From Dictyostelium discoideum (lineage: Eukaryota), in the NCBI GenBank assembly GCA_000004695.1, contig CM000151.3, forward strand, positions 6,240,001-6,304,000: 64,000 nt of DNA, read 5' to 3'. Both the position numbers and the translations under genes were made by a program. The notes under the pieces were generated by a model that was not told the DNA's origin, made no database searches, and saw nothing but the letters and a program-made list of their open reading frames with translations. Shown here piece by piece: positions 1-13,850 of this stretch (within the stretch, counting starts at the first letter, position 1; every line of letters starts with the position of its first letter).

Positions 1-126
1 TAATAAATTAATAATAAATAAATAAATAAATAAATAAATAAGTAAATAAATAAATAAATGAATATTATTAAAATTATTTTATTTATTTATTTATTTACTT
101 GTTTATTTACCTATTTATTTATATAT

Positions 127-201
<75 letters not shown>

Positions 202-205
202 TTTT
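1..205. repeat. (AAAT)n then (TTTA)n microsatellite tracts upstream of the first gene
   Basis: Direct reading: taaataaataaat... switches to tatttatttattt... at about position 60 and continues to about 205. Confidence 0.8.
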
Positions 206-409
206 GTTTATTATAACTATTTTTAATTTTTTTTTATTATAATCGGAAAATTATTTTATTATAACTTTTTTAAAACAATTCCAAAAAAAAAAAAAAAAAT
301 AAAAAAATAAAATAAAAAATAAATAAAATAATTTGAAAAACCAGCCTTTTGGAAAAAAAAGATATTTTTTTTTTTGATGATGAGTGCTCAAAATTCTTTT
401 TTTTTTTTT

Positions 410-443
<34 letters not shown>

Positions 444-831
444 ATTTTTCTTTTTTTTTTTTTTTTTAATTTTTTTTTTTTTACGAAAATAGTCTTCAAA
501 ACAATAAAAAAAATAGTACCCTTTACAAATTTAATAGCTATTCCTTACCACAAAAACAATAACAATAATTAACTGATCAAAAGAAAAATAAAATAAAAAA
601 AAATAAAAATAAAAACAAATAAATAAAAAAAAAACAAAAAAAATTTCTAAAGTTCTCAACAGTCAAGACTCTTGCATTAACAAATTAATACAGAGCCCAG
701 AAAAATCATTAGACTTTAAAAAACAAAAAAAACAAAAAGAAAATTAAAAACCAAAAAAAACAAAAAAAAGGGTAAAAAAGGAAAAAAAAAACCAAAAAAA
801 AACCAATAAAAAGGAAAAAAAATAGTAAAGA

Positions 832-2918
<2,087 letters not shown>

Positions 2919-3218
2919 ACACTTTCAAATCTCTCACCTCTTTCCTAATAAATGGTATTTCCATTTATTTGGTAAAAAAAAAAAAAAAAAAAAAATTCAG
3001 AAAATTTAATTATTTCCACATATCCTATATAAAAAAGAAAAAACAAAAAAAAAAAAAAAAAAAAAAAAAAGGAAAAAAAAAAAAAAAAAAAAAAGAAAAT
3101 TATAATACTTTGAAGTACTTATATTAAGTAATACCATTTAAATAAATTTATTTTTTTTTTTAAAAAAACTGTTCATTTTTTGTTTTATTTTTAACTGCAA
3201 TTTCGGACAATGCCTTTA

Positions 3219-3269
<51 letters not shown>

Positions 3270-3301
3270 ACCCAAAATTCTCACAACAAAAAAAGAATAT
3301 A

Positions 3302-4505
3302 ATGAGTTGTAAGAAAAATAATTGTAATTCAAAGAGTTGTAATACTTTGACAGATTTAAAAGAAGAAGAATCAAAAAAACTAATTAGAAGTGAGGATGGT
3401 GTAAAATTTTATGATGATGAATTTATTTTTTACCAAGAAGGTAACATCCCTGTGATGTATGTTTATTAATAACATTTTATTTTATTATTATTATTTTTTT
3501 TTTTAAACAATTACACCTCCCCCCCTCTTCTCTATCCTTTTACTAACTTAAGTTAATTTTAATTAAAATAGTGTAACATTTCCACATAGTGGTAAATTAA
3601 AATTAAAAGATATTCCAATAAGAAAATCAGGATGTATTGATCCAGATTGGTGGACAGAGGATTTAGCAATTTGTATGATTCAAGCATTTAATTGTATTTC
3701 ATGTTGTTGTGGTTGTACTGTAAAAGATAAAGATGATAATAAAGCTGAATGTTGTAAACCATCTTCATCATCATCATCGTGTTCTCCAACAACAACATCT
3801 GAAGAATGTTCATGTTGTAATATTAATATAAGTTCAAATAAAGTCGATTACAAGTTAGAATGCCCAAGACCATATATTGTATATTCAAAGATTCATAGAG
3901 AAATGTGTGATTTTAATAGAGGTGAATCGAGTGCCTTTGAAGATGAACGTATGAAACCACATTATCAATTATATCATGATACAATTAAATCATTTATTTC
4001 AAAGATTAAATCAGAGAATCCTCAATACTATAATGGTGGTAAAGTTACATTATTGGATATTCACGGTCAATCGGATATACCATCCCATATATTACGTGGT
4101 ACAAAAGATACAAATACAGTTAAACCAATGTTAAAACATTTAGGTAATGATTCATTCATTGGTGAGAATAGTATTTTTGGGTACCTTTTAAATGTTGGTG
4201 GTATTGATGTATTCCCATTAAATAATTTACCAAGTGATCAAACTACAGATCCAACAAATCCAAAATATGTACCACCAAATAAAATACCACATAACAAAAA
4301 TGAATCTTATAATCCATTAAATCCATACATTGAACATCCAGAATTTAATGGAGCATTCACAGTTATAAATTATTCAAAAAATTATACAATCAATTGTATT
4401 CAAGTTGAAATTGGTTATTTATGGAGATCAACAATTGAAAACCGTATTAAATTTTCACGTACTTTAAGATCTTCAATTTTAAATTTTATTAATAATTATG
4501 TTTAA
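3302..4505 (+). CDS. Hypothetical Cys-rich protein, 2 exons (3302..3456, 3572..4505), about 362 aa
   Basis: ORF 3675..4505 extends upstream in frame to 3567 and is preceded by an aaaatAG acceptor. Upstream ORF MSCKKNNCNSKSC...FIFYQEGNIPV ends at GTATGT (3457); the phases match (2+1). There is a Cys cluster CISCCCGC...CCKPSSSSSSCSP..ECSCC. A weak LLDIHGQSD motif is reminiscent of N-formylglutamate-amidohydrolase-like hydrolases; this is unverified. Confidence 0.45.
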
Positions 4506-4623
4506 AATAAAAAATAATAATAATAAAATAAATAAATAAATAAAACAATAGATTATTAAATTAATTTATTTATTCATAATTATTTTATTTATTATTTGTA
4601 TTATTTGTATTATTATTATTATT

Positions 4624-5057
4624 TTAATTTAAATTTTGATTTTTAAAATTTAATAAAATATCATTTATATTTCCTTGACCAGTACCACCACTACTTTGTA
4701 ATAAATCTAATGGTAATCTACTTGTCATTGCTAAGTTTGGTTTAATACCACTTTCATCATCAATAATTCTAAATTCTAATTTTGTTAGTGGTTCAATTGG
4801 TAATTCCTCTTTAGCTTGTTTGGTTTCTTCATTTTCTTTTTCATCTTGATCTTGTTCAATTAATTCTGGTATTAATTCATCCCAAACGAATAATAATGCC
4901 TCTGTTGAAGGATGGATTGGATTAAAATCAATTAACCAAACTTGTTCATCTTTTGTAACATAACAATCAAATGTAACTATATTTTAAAAATATTTATTAA
5001 AGAAAAAAAAAAAAAAAAAAGAAAAGATATTATTATATTTGTACAATAATTTAAAAG

Positions 5058-5089
<32 letters not shown>

Positions 5090-6005
5090 AAAACAAAACA
5101 ATAACCTACATGAATTATTTGAAAATTTTCCACAAATTGATTCATTATAAAATTTAACAATAGCATCTTGAATCTTTTGTTTTTTATCTTTTAAAAATTT
5201 GAAATATGTTGAAATATCACGTTGTGAAATGCCCAATAATTGATTATCTTTTACAAAACATCTAAATTCCATTGATGGTTGAAGATTTTGCCATTTTCTT
5301 AAAACTAAAACATATGGTGTTAAACTATCATCTTTATCATCTTGATTAATTGAACTATATTTTTTTTTTTTTTAATTATTATAATAATCATATGTTGTTA
5401 GTAACAAACTTTTTTTTTTATTTTATTTGAAAATAGATAGATATTTACAATTGCATTAAATCATGATTTATAAAATCTGAACTTTTTAATAATAAATAAA
5501 TATCTGTAGTATTTGTACATTTTAAAGAATTGTAAACGTTCATCCATGATGCATCTTTTGGTGATGACCAATTTAATTTTGGAAAGATATTTCCACCTAA
5601 TTTTTCAATTGATTTAATAATTTGATTTGATAATTCTTTAAATTCAGTTTCATTTACAATTCTTTTTGGTTTTTTATCTTTATCATTATCATTACTGTCA
5701 TCATCATCACTACTCTCATCTTCTTCATCACTATAACCTTGATAATATTTTGGATCTAATGTTGAAATATGATTTTTTGAAGTTGACCAATTATTATCAT
5801 CAAATAAATCATCATGTTCATCAACTTTAAATTCTGGGAATCCTTCATGTGGTGTGGTGAATTGGTCTGATTGTAAATAATCAATGAATATCTTTGGTAA
5901 CGGTATAACTATACTACTGAATGTAACTGACTTGAATTTTTCATACCATTCTTGGAACTGGCATTGTTTTTTATTTTCAAAATATTTGATATCATGTTTT
6001 TCCAT
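4624..6005 (-). CDS. cdc123: Cell division cycle protein 123 (D123 family), 3 exons on the minus strand (5449..6005, 5110..5354, 4624..4976)
   Basis: Exon 1 reads MEKHDIKYFENKKQCQFQEWYEKFKSVTF...DIYLLLKSSDFINHDLMQ with donor GTAAAT. Exon 2 reads SINQDDKDDSLTPYVLVLRKWQNLQPSMEFRCFVKDNQLLGISQRDIS... with donor GTAGGT. Exon 3 reads TFDCYVTKDEQVWLIDFNPIHPSTEALLFVWDELIPE... and stop. These are the conserved D123 blocks (LRKW..L.PS.EFRCFV; VW.IDFNPF...LLF.W.EL). The splice phases are consistent (2/1, 1/2). Confidence 0.8.
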
Positions 6006-6407
6006 TCTTTTTTTTTTTTTATTCTTAAAAAAATCAATTTAACACACACACTAACTACAATAATCAATCAATAATTTGCCCGCTTGTTACAATCTTTTTT
6101 TTTTTTTTTTTTTTTTCCTCTCTTTGATTTCGAGTTTGTATCAAATATTGATTTTCTTTTTATTGTAATGATTTTATTTTAAATTGATTTTTTTGTTCAG
6201 TTGACTTTATTCCCAAACAAGATTGAAGATGAAAATCCGATAATATGAAATGTTTTTTTTGAAAATTAATATGAAAGTATTTGAAAATTGAAAATAAAAA
6301 AAAAAAATAAAAATAAAAATAAAAAAAAAGGTAAATTAATTTTTATTTTATTTTTTATTTTCGATTTGTGGGGTTGATTCTTTTTAGTTTTTTTTTTTTA
6401 AATATTT

Positions 6408-6975
6408 GTTAGCAAGTGTGTTAACCACATTTCTGGCACCATAAAGAGATGATAATAATTAAAATGGGCAATTAAAATTTTAGGGTGATGGGTATGTGTG
6501 GGTTCGAATAAAAAAAGATTTTATATATAATTCTATTGATTGATTATGCGTGTGTGGGTGTATGATTTTAAAAATAGATATTTTTTATTTAAGAATGTTT
6601 GAGATTTGATTTTTTTTAAATAGAACCACACCACACACTCTTTGTTTTTTTTTTTTTTTATTTTTTATTAGAATGATATTATTATTAATTAATTGAATCA
6701 CAATCAATAAGAGTGAATTACATTATCTTTTAAATAATCAATATTCTATTATATTATTATTTATTATTAATTCCTTCAATCATTTTGGGAATGGCAATAT
6801 AAAAAATATCTATTTTTAAAATCATACACCCACACACGCATAATCAATCAATATAATTATATATAAAATCTTTTTTTATTCGAACCCACACCCATCACCC
6901 TAAAATTTTAATTGCCCATTTTAATTACTATCATCTCTTTATGGTGCGAGAAATGTGGTTAACACACTTGCTAAC
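6408..6975. repeat. Large imperfect inverted repeat / foldback: arms of about 179 bp (6408..6586) and about 175 bp (6801..6975), about 97% identical, with a 214-bp spacer
   Basis: Direct reading: gttagcaagtgtgttaaccacatttctggcaccataaagagatgataataattaaaatgggcaattaaaattttagggtgatggg... reappears as its reverse complement at 6801-6975 (...ccctaaaattttaattgcccattttaattactatcatctctttatggtgcgagaaatgtggttaacacacttgctaac). Differences are a few substitutions and one 4-bp indel. It lies in the divergent intergenic region between cdc123 and the 7229 gene. Confidence 0.85.
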
Positions 6976-7228
6976 GAATATTAAAATGGAATATATACAC
7001 TATTTGCTATTTTTTTATTTTTTTTATTTTTTTTATTTTTTTTTATTTTCTTTATTTTCTTTTTTTAATTTTTTTTTCTATTTAAACTCACATCATAAAA
7101 TTTTAAAAATCATTAAATAATTAAATTCGAAATATAATTTAAAAAATAAATAATTAAAATAATAATAAAAATAATAATTTATTAAAAAATAAATAAATAA
7201 ATAAAAAAAAAAATATATATACTTAAAA

Positions 7229-7333
7229 ATGAAATCAATTCAAAAAATAATTTTATTTAAAATTTTAATAATTTTATTCGTTTCATTAATTGTTTTAAAT
7301 ATTGCCCAACACAATGAAATTTTAAAATTAAAA

Positions 7334-7365
<32 letters not shown>

Positions 7366-7741
7366 TAATAATAATCATAATGATGAAAATAAATTAAATA
7401 GAGAATTAAAAGTTTTTATTCAAAATGAAAATGAAATTACTATTGCCGACGGTAGTTCTTCTAAATTAATAATCGAAATTGAAGAAAACAAGAAAGAATC
7501 AAATGAAGAATCAAATACTTTACAAATTGAAATTAATAAAAATAATAAAGATAACGTACAAATTAATACAAATAGTGCTAGTAATGATGAAATTAATATT
7601 CATTCAAATGATGATTCTTTAATTGTTGACTTTGATTACAATGTAGAATTTGTCAAAGGTGATAAACCAAAATATCGTTTATGCCATGGTTGTTCAAAAT
7701 GTAGTAATCATCATAATAAAAAACATATTATCCTTTTTTAA
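7229..7741 (+). CDS. Hypothetical small secreted protein (signal peptide, Asn-rich, C-terminal Cys pair), 170 aa
   Basis: ORF with the hydrophobic N-terminus MKSIQKIILFKILIILFVSLIVLNIA and ...CHGCSKCSNHH at the C-terminus; no recognisable family. Confidence 0.45.
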
Positions 7742-7905
7742 AAAAAGAAAAAAAAGAAAAAAAAATCCGAAATTTATAACAAATACATTATAAAGAAATA
7801 AATAAAAAAAATAAAAATAAAAACCCGATTTTATATACATAAAAAATTATTTTTTTTCTTATTTTATTTATTTTATTTTTTTTTTTTTTTTTTTTTTTAT
7901 TTTTT

Positions 7906-8356
7906 TTACCAAGATAAAATTGTTGAACCCATTATGAAAATTGATGGAAGTGCTAAAAATAATTGAATGAGATTATTTTTGATTTGGTTCGATTTAAAAT
8001 AAAAGTATTCTGTTAAGAAATGACCTAAACCTGTTACAAATGTTAACCAAGTTAAGAAATATACAGTTCTATTTGTAATGTCAATTGAACATGCAATTGT
8101 TATTGATCCAGTTGTAAATATCCACAAAAAAAATATTCTTGAAATTAAACCTGAAAAATCTTTTATTTTTTCATATTAAAAAAAAATTATTAGTTTATAT
8201 TAACATTATATAATAAATAAAAAAAAACCATTTCATACTTTGTTTGTTTTTTCTTGAATAACCAACACTCATAAATTCAGGGTAGACTAAGCCAACAAAA
8301 GAACATAATATTCTAAAAAAACCAATAAATAATAACCAAGCCTGTAAATATTCCAT
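7906..8356 (-). CDS. erg28: ERG28-family small membrane protein, 2 exons (8239..8356, 7906..8150), about 120 aa
   Basis: Exon 1 reads MEYLQAWLLFIGFFRILCSFVGLVYPEFMSVGYSRKNKQ with donor GTATGA. An 88-bp AT-rich intron ends in tttttcAG. Exon 2 reads LISRIFFLWIFTTGSITIACSIDITNRTVYFLTWLTFVTGLGHFLTEYFYF..., which matches the ERG28/C14orf1 core (CAIDIHNKTLYHITLWTFLLALGHFLSELFVYG). The phases fit (1+2). Confidence 0.8.
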
Positions 8357-8648
8357 TTATCTTATCTTTTTAAAAATGATTTTTAATATTTATTTTTAAT
8401 ATTTTAAAATATAAATAGGAAAAAAAAAAAAAAAAAAAAAAAAATTAAAAAAATAAAAATAAACAGTTTGTTTTTGCTCAAATTTTAAAAACAGTTTATT
8501 ATAAACTGTTTTTTTAATCAAACAAATTAAATAACATTTTTAAAAAAAAAAAAAAATGGTTATGATTACTTTTTTTTAATTATTAAATTTTATTTATTAT
8601 TTATTTTAAAATGAGGGTGAATTTACATTATTGAAATTGAGAATTAAT

Positions 8649-10095
8649 TTAAACTTCTTGTAATAGAGAAGCATCTTTCATCTCAATATCTTTTGTTTGT
8701 TTTTGTATTATAGATTCTTTTTCTTTTTCCTTTTCTTTTTCTTTTTCTTTTTCTTTTTCTTTTTCTTTTTCTTTTTCTTTTTCTTTTTCTTTTTCCTTTT
8801 CCTTTTCCTTATCTTTATCTATTTCTTTATTATTTACAATATTATCTTTTTCCTTTTCAAAAGTTTTATCTTTTTCAACAATACAATTATCATCTTTTGA
8901 AGTTATTGAATTTGTTGGAATAGTTAATTTAATATCATTAGGTGATCTTGGTGGTGAATTTGAAGAGAGTGATAATGGAGGAGGAGCACCACCACCTGAT
9001 GAATTTGTTAATGAATTTCCAACAGAAGTTGATGCACTATTCGAAGAGTTATTATTATTACCACCGCCACTACCACCGCCACCACCACTACCACTTGTAT
9101 TACCACTACCACTATTACTAGTGGTTGCTGATAAAGATGAATGATGTAGTTGATGTTGTTTCAATAGTAGATTATGTGATGGTGTATTTAATGGACTATT
9201 ACCAATTCCAAAAGATGATAATAAAGGAGAAGGTGATGGTGAAGGTGATATAAATGGGGTTAATGCCGGAGAACCAATTGGTGATAAAGATGATTTCGAA
9301 CTCTTATTATTTCTTTGAATCAACCATTGTTTTTCAACTTCATTATGGAATTTTATTGCTTGATATTGATGAGTTGAATCCAATTTTGTTTTTTGTTCTT
9401 TATGAGTTTGTTGAAGTTTTTCTTGATCTTCTTTAAATTTAATTTGTAATTTTGTCACCAACTCATCATTTGATTGTTCCTGAGCGGCTAATTTATCCTT
9501 TTCAAAAGTTTCCAATAATAAATTATTTGATTCTTCTTGTTTAGCCAATAAATTTATTAATTGAATCTTTTGATATTGTTCTAACTTTTGGAATGCATTT
9601 TGTTTAAAACTTAAAAAATCTGGATTATCTGAAACATTTTCACTTCCTCCTACAGATGTCTTTGTTGGTGTCGAATTTGCGGATAATAATGATGATGTTG
9701 ATGACGTTGAAGTTTGTTGGTCATCTTTTTTACTATTTACACTATTTACAATTATATGAGGACCATTTTTTGGTGTTTGAATTGGTGTTGGTTGTGTTGA
9801 TGAATCTTTATTTGATGATGATGACGATAATTGTTGTGCTTGTTGTGCTTGTTGTTGATGTTGTGCTTGTTGTTGTGCTTGTTGTACTTGTTGTGATATT
9901 GATTTTTGAACAATATCTTGCCATTGTTTATATGATTCGATCCAATTTTGCATATTTACATAATTTGGGTAATCAAATTGATGATTTAAACCCTCAGCGG
10001 TACTGACACTATTTCTTCTTGGATTTAAGAATGGAGATTTACCAGGCATTGGAGATAATGGTACTTGATTTCCAAAGAATTGCATTGGATTATAC

Positions 10096-10135
<40 letters not shown>

Positions 10136-11990
10136 GATGGTGTTGTTGTTGGTGTTGTTGATGTTGTTGTAGTTGTTGTTGTTGTAGTAATTGTTGTTGT
10201 AAGATATATTGATGTTGTTGTTGTTGGAATGCAGCTGCAGCTTGTTGAGGATTCAACATTGTTGATGGGTCGCCTAGAAAACCTTTCAAACTTTTACCCA
10301 TAATATTACATTCAATTTGGAACCCAAAATCAACTGAACCTTTAATTGCAAATTTTCCATTAAATGGACTATTAAATGTAGTTTCCATACTTATTGGTGT
10401 ATTTATATTAAATGGTACCATACCAAATAATGGAAACATCGGAAATTGTGGATTCACCATATTTGGATGTGGTTGTTGTTGTTGTTGTTGAGCTTGTTGT
10501 TGTTGTTGAGCTTGTTGTTGACTATTAGTTGGTGGTGATTTACTTCCATCCTCATCAACAGTATTTAATTTTTCACCACTAATACTATTAGCATGTTGTA
10601 GAGGATTCATTCCCATTGACATTAATGGTGATGGTGGAACTCTTGCACCATTTCTATTCATTGATGGTGAAGGTGGGAATAGATTATTCTTATTTCTAAA
10701 TTGATTTGGAATTTGGAACGAAGTCGATAATGGAGACATCATTTGTGGTGGAAGAATTGGCATACCATTCATTGGACCACTATTTGTTGATGTAAATGAT
10801 GGAGATGAAGATGGTTGTTGTTGTTGTTGCTGTTGCTGTTGTTGTAGAGGTGGTGGCTGTTGTTGTTGAGATTGTTGAGAAGATGTCATATTTGGAGTAT
10901 TTGGATTTTTTTTAAATCTTGGAATAGAAATTGTGATTGGACTTTTATTTACATTTGAAGGATTAGTAGATGATATTAATGGTGATGTTAACCCAACTTT
11001 ATTTTGTTGTGATTGTGTTTGCTGTTGAGGTATTTGTTGTTGAGATTGTGAAGGTTGTTGCTGTTGAGGTTGTTGAGGTTGTTGAGGTTGTTGAGGTTGT
11101 TGAGGTTGTTGAGGTTGTTGAGGTTGTTGAGGTTGTAAATTTAAAGGTTGTGGTTGAGCTCTCATTCCATTTGGAGAAGACAATAAAACTGGAGATTGAC
11201 CATTCTTTTTCTGAATTAAAGCACTCATAACGTTATTTGGAATAATTTTTGAATGCATTCCAGGACTTGATGGTAACATCATATTTGCAATTTTATTTGA
11301 AGATAGTAATGGAGAAGGAGATGAAATTTGAGATTTAAAAGTTGGTGAATTTATTGGTTTTGTAATTTGAGTAATAGATGGAGATGAACTATTATTTTGA
11401 TTACCGATAATAACAGATGGTTTATTGAGTGGGCGTGAATTAATAGCAGGCGATCTTGGTGGCTTAATTAATAAAACTCTTTTTGCAGATGATAACGATG
11501 GTGAAGTTGGTACATTACTATTATTACTATTATTTGAATTTGTGCCTTCAGAAGTTTGATTTTTATTTTCTTCATCCTTTTGAGATTGTTTTTCACAAAC
11601 TTTTTGAACAGAATCGTCATAATCAGCAGTACCATCAAATGATTTTCTCTTTTTAACAGGATGATTTGGAATCAATTCTAAGTTATTATTTTCTTCTTCC
11701 TCTTCTTCTTCATCATCATCTTTATTAATATTTTTATTTTTATTATTATTGTTGTTGTTGTTGTTATTATTATTGTCCTCATTTCTATTGATTCCAATAT
11801 ATCTATTCTCCAATTCATCATCTTCATCAATTTCATCTTTACTATCAATTCTTAATTCCCCATTGGCGCCACTGTTAGTATCATATTCCTCTTCCTCCTC
11901 TTCCTCTTCTTCAATGGTTGGTTGTGAATGATGTTCTTCTTTTCTATGGTGATGATGATGGTGATTGTGGTGATTATTATTATTATTATT

Positions 11991-12058
<68 letters not shown>

Positions 12059-12929
12059 AGTATGATTTACTAGGAGAATCTCTTAATCTTTTACGATCAA
12101 ATTCACCACCATTATTATCATTCATTCTATAGGAATTAGTTCTACTATCAATTTCATCATTATAATCATTATAATCTTTGATTTTATTTCTAATGTTGAT
12201 ATTATTGTTATTTTTAGAGTTATTATTACTATTATTATTTCTATTATTATTATTATTACTATTATTATTATATTTTTCATCTTCATAATATTGATCACTA
12301 TCATCATCGTCATAATCTTGACCTTCGATATAAATATCTCTTTCATCATTATCAATTGGTTTAATATATTGCTTTTGTTTACTCTTATTATATAATTGAT
12401 TTGCTTCTTTTATTGCCAACTCGAAATATTCTGTTAATTGATCCGGAACTAATTGTGGATCCAAATTATTATTTGAAAAGTCTTTAATATTATTATCTTT
12501 AACCCATGCTCTTTTAGATGATTATAAAAAATAAAAAAAGAGAGAATAAATAAAAAAAAATAAAAAAAAATAAAAAAAAATATTTAATATTTTAATTATT
12601 TATTTTTTTATTATTTATTTATTTATTTTAAATAATTAATAGATTACTTACTGATGATGAGTACCTAAAAAGAAAACAATTAATGAATTTGATATCCTCT
12701 TTTTTAATAATGATTTATCAATATCTTCATCATCTTCTGAAATTATCTGTTATATTTTAAAATGAAAAAAAAAAAAAAAATTAATAAAAAAAAAAAAAAA
12801 AAAAAAAAAGGTTTAAAAAAATTATTATAAATTGAAAATAGAAAATAAAAAAATGTTTAGATAATTTACTTTTGCAGGCCACCAAAAGGAATGGCCAAAT
12901 TCTTTGGCCAATATTAATTTTCCAATCAT
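8649..12929 (-). CDS. PWWP-domain protein with a huge Q/N/S/P-rich low-complexity body, a coiled-coil and a (KE)n tail; 3 exons (12870..12929, 12652..12746, 8649..12510), about 1338 aa
   Basis: Exon 1 reads MIGKLILAKEFGHSFWWPAK with donor GTAAAT. Exon 2 (acceptor aacAG) reads IISEDDEDIDKSLLKKRISNSLIVFFLGTHH with donor GTAAGT. Exon 3 (acceptor aaaAG) reads QAWVKDNNIKDFSNNNLDPQLVPDQL... Together they form the PWWP signature (F.WWPAK...V.FFGTH..AWV). ORF 8649..12464 is the body; the tail (GAAAAA)n encodes KEKEKE. Confidence 0.65.
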
Positions 12930-13510
12930 TTTTTTTTTTAAAAAAAAACAATATAATATTTGATTAAATAAATAAATATAAATAAAAAAGTATTTTTGTT
13001 TTGTTTTGTTTTGTTTTTATTTTTTTTTTTTTTATTTTTTTTATTTTTATTTTTATTTTTTTTATTTTTTTTTTTTTTTTTTATTAATTTGGTTAATAAA
13101 TAATATTTTTATTAATAATAAATAGAAATTAAAAACAATGTTGAAAAATTTATTGCACAATTAAAACAATTATAAAAAAATAAATAAATAATTTAAAATA
13201 AATAAATAAAAGTTTTTAAATGATTAAGATTTTATTATTATCTTATTGTTGTAACTCAACTGATTTATAATGATGATGATGCCTAGTTATTATATATAAT
13301 TTGTTTATAATTATATTATTAAATTAATTATTGTTGGTTTTTTTTTTATTTTTTTTTTTTTTTATTTTTTTTATTTTTTTTTAAAAAAAAATTTTTTAAT
13401 AATTATTATTTTTATTATTTTTAGTAATATTTGATTTATTTTATTATTATTTTATTTATTGATGAAAAGCAGTTTTTATTGTAGAATTGGTTTGATTGAA
13501 AATAAATAAA

Positions 13511-13546
<36 letters not shown>

Positions 13547-13730
13547 GGAAACACACTCTCACACAAATTTGTAGTTTATTTATTTTATAATAAAATTAAT
13601 AAATTTTTATTTATTATTTATTTTTACTGAGTATATATATTTTTATGTATATATGTCCGAAATTATTTTATTATTTTTTTTTTTATTTTTATTTTAATTT
13701 TTATTTTTATTTTTTTTTTGTGAGGCCGTT

Positions 13731-13850
13731 AAGTTATGTGTGAGTTGTTTTTATATGGTACCATATATTGAGTGTGTGTGTTGGTGTTAGGGTGTTTTTA
13801 TATGTATAAACTATGTGTGTAAGGTTGTGTTTTTTGGGGTGTTTGAATAT
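13731..13850. promoter_or_regulatory. GT/CA-rich island (TGGGTGT-like motifs) in otherwise AT-rich intergenic DNA; candidate GBF/CAE-type regulatory element
   Basis: gtgtgagttg...gagtgtgtgtgttggtgttagggtgttttt...gtgtgtaaggttgtgtttttt; similar islands occur at 6490-6560, 42741-42860 and 48040-48072. Confidence 0.25.

Noticed and set aside
251-572. 82-aa and 62-aa ORFs made of poly-K / poly-F
   Set aside because: These are translations of poly(A)/poly(T) homopolymer tracts in intergenic DNA.
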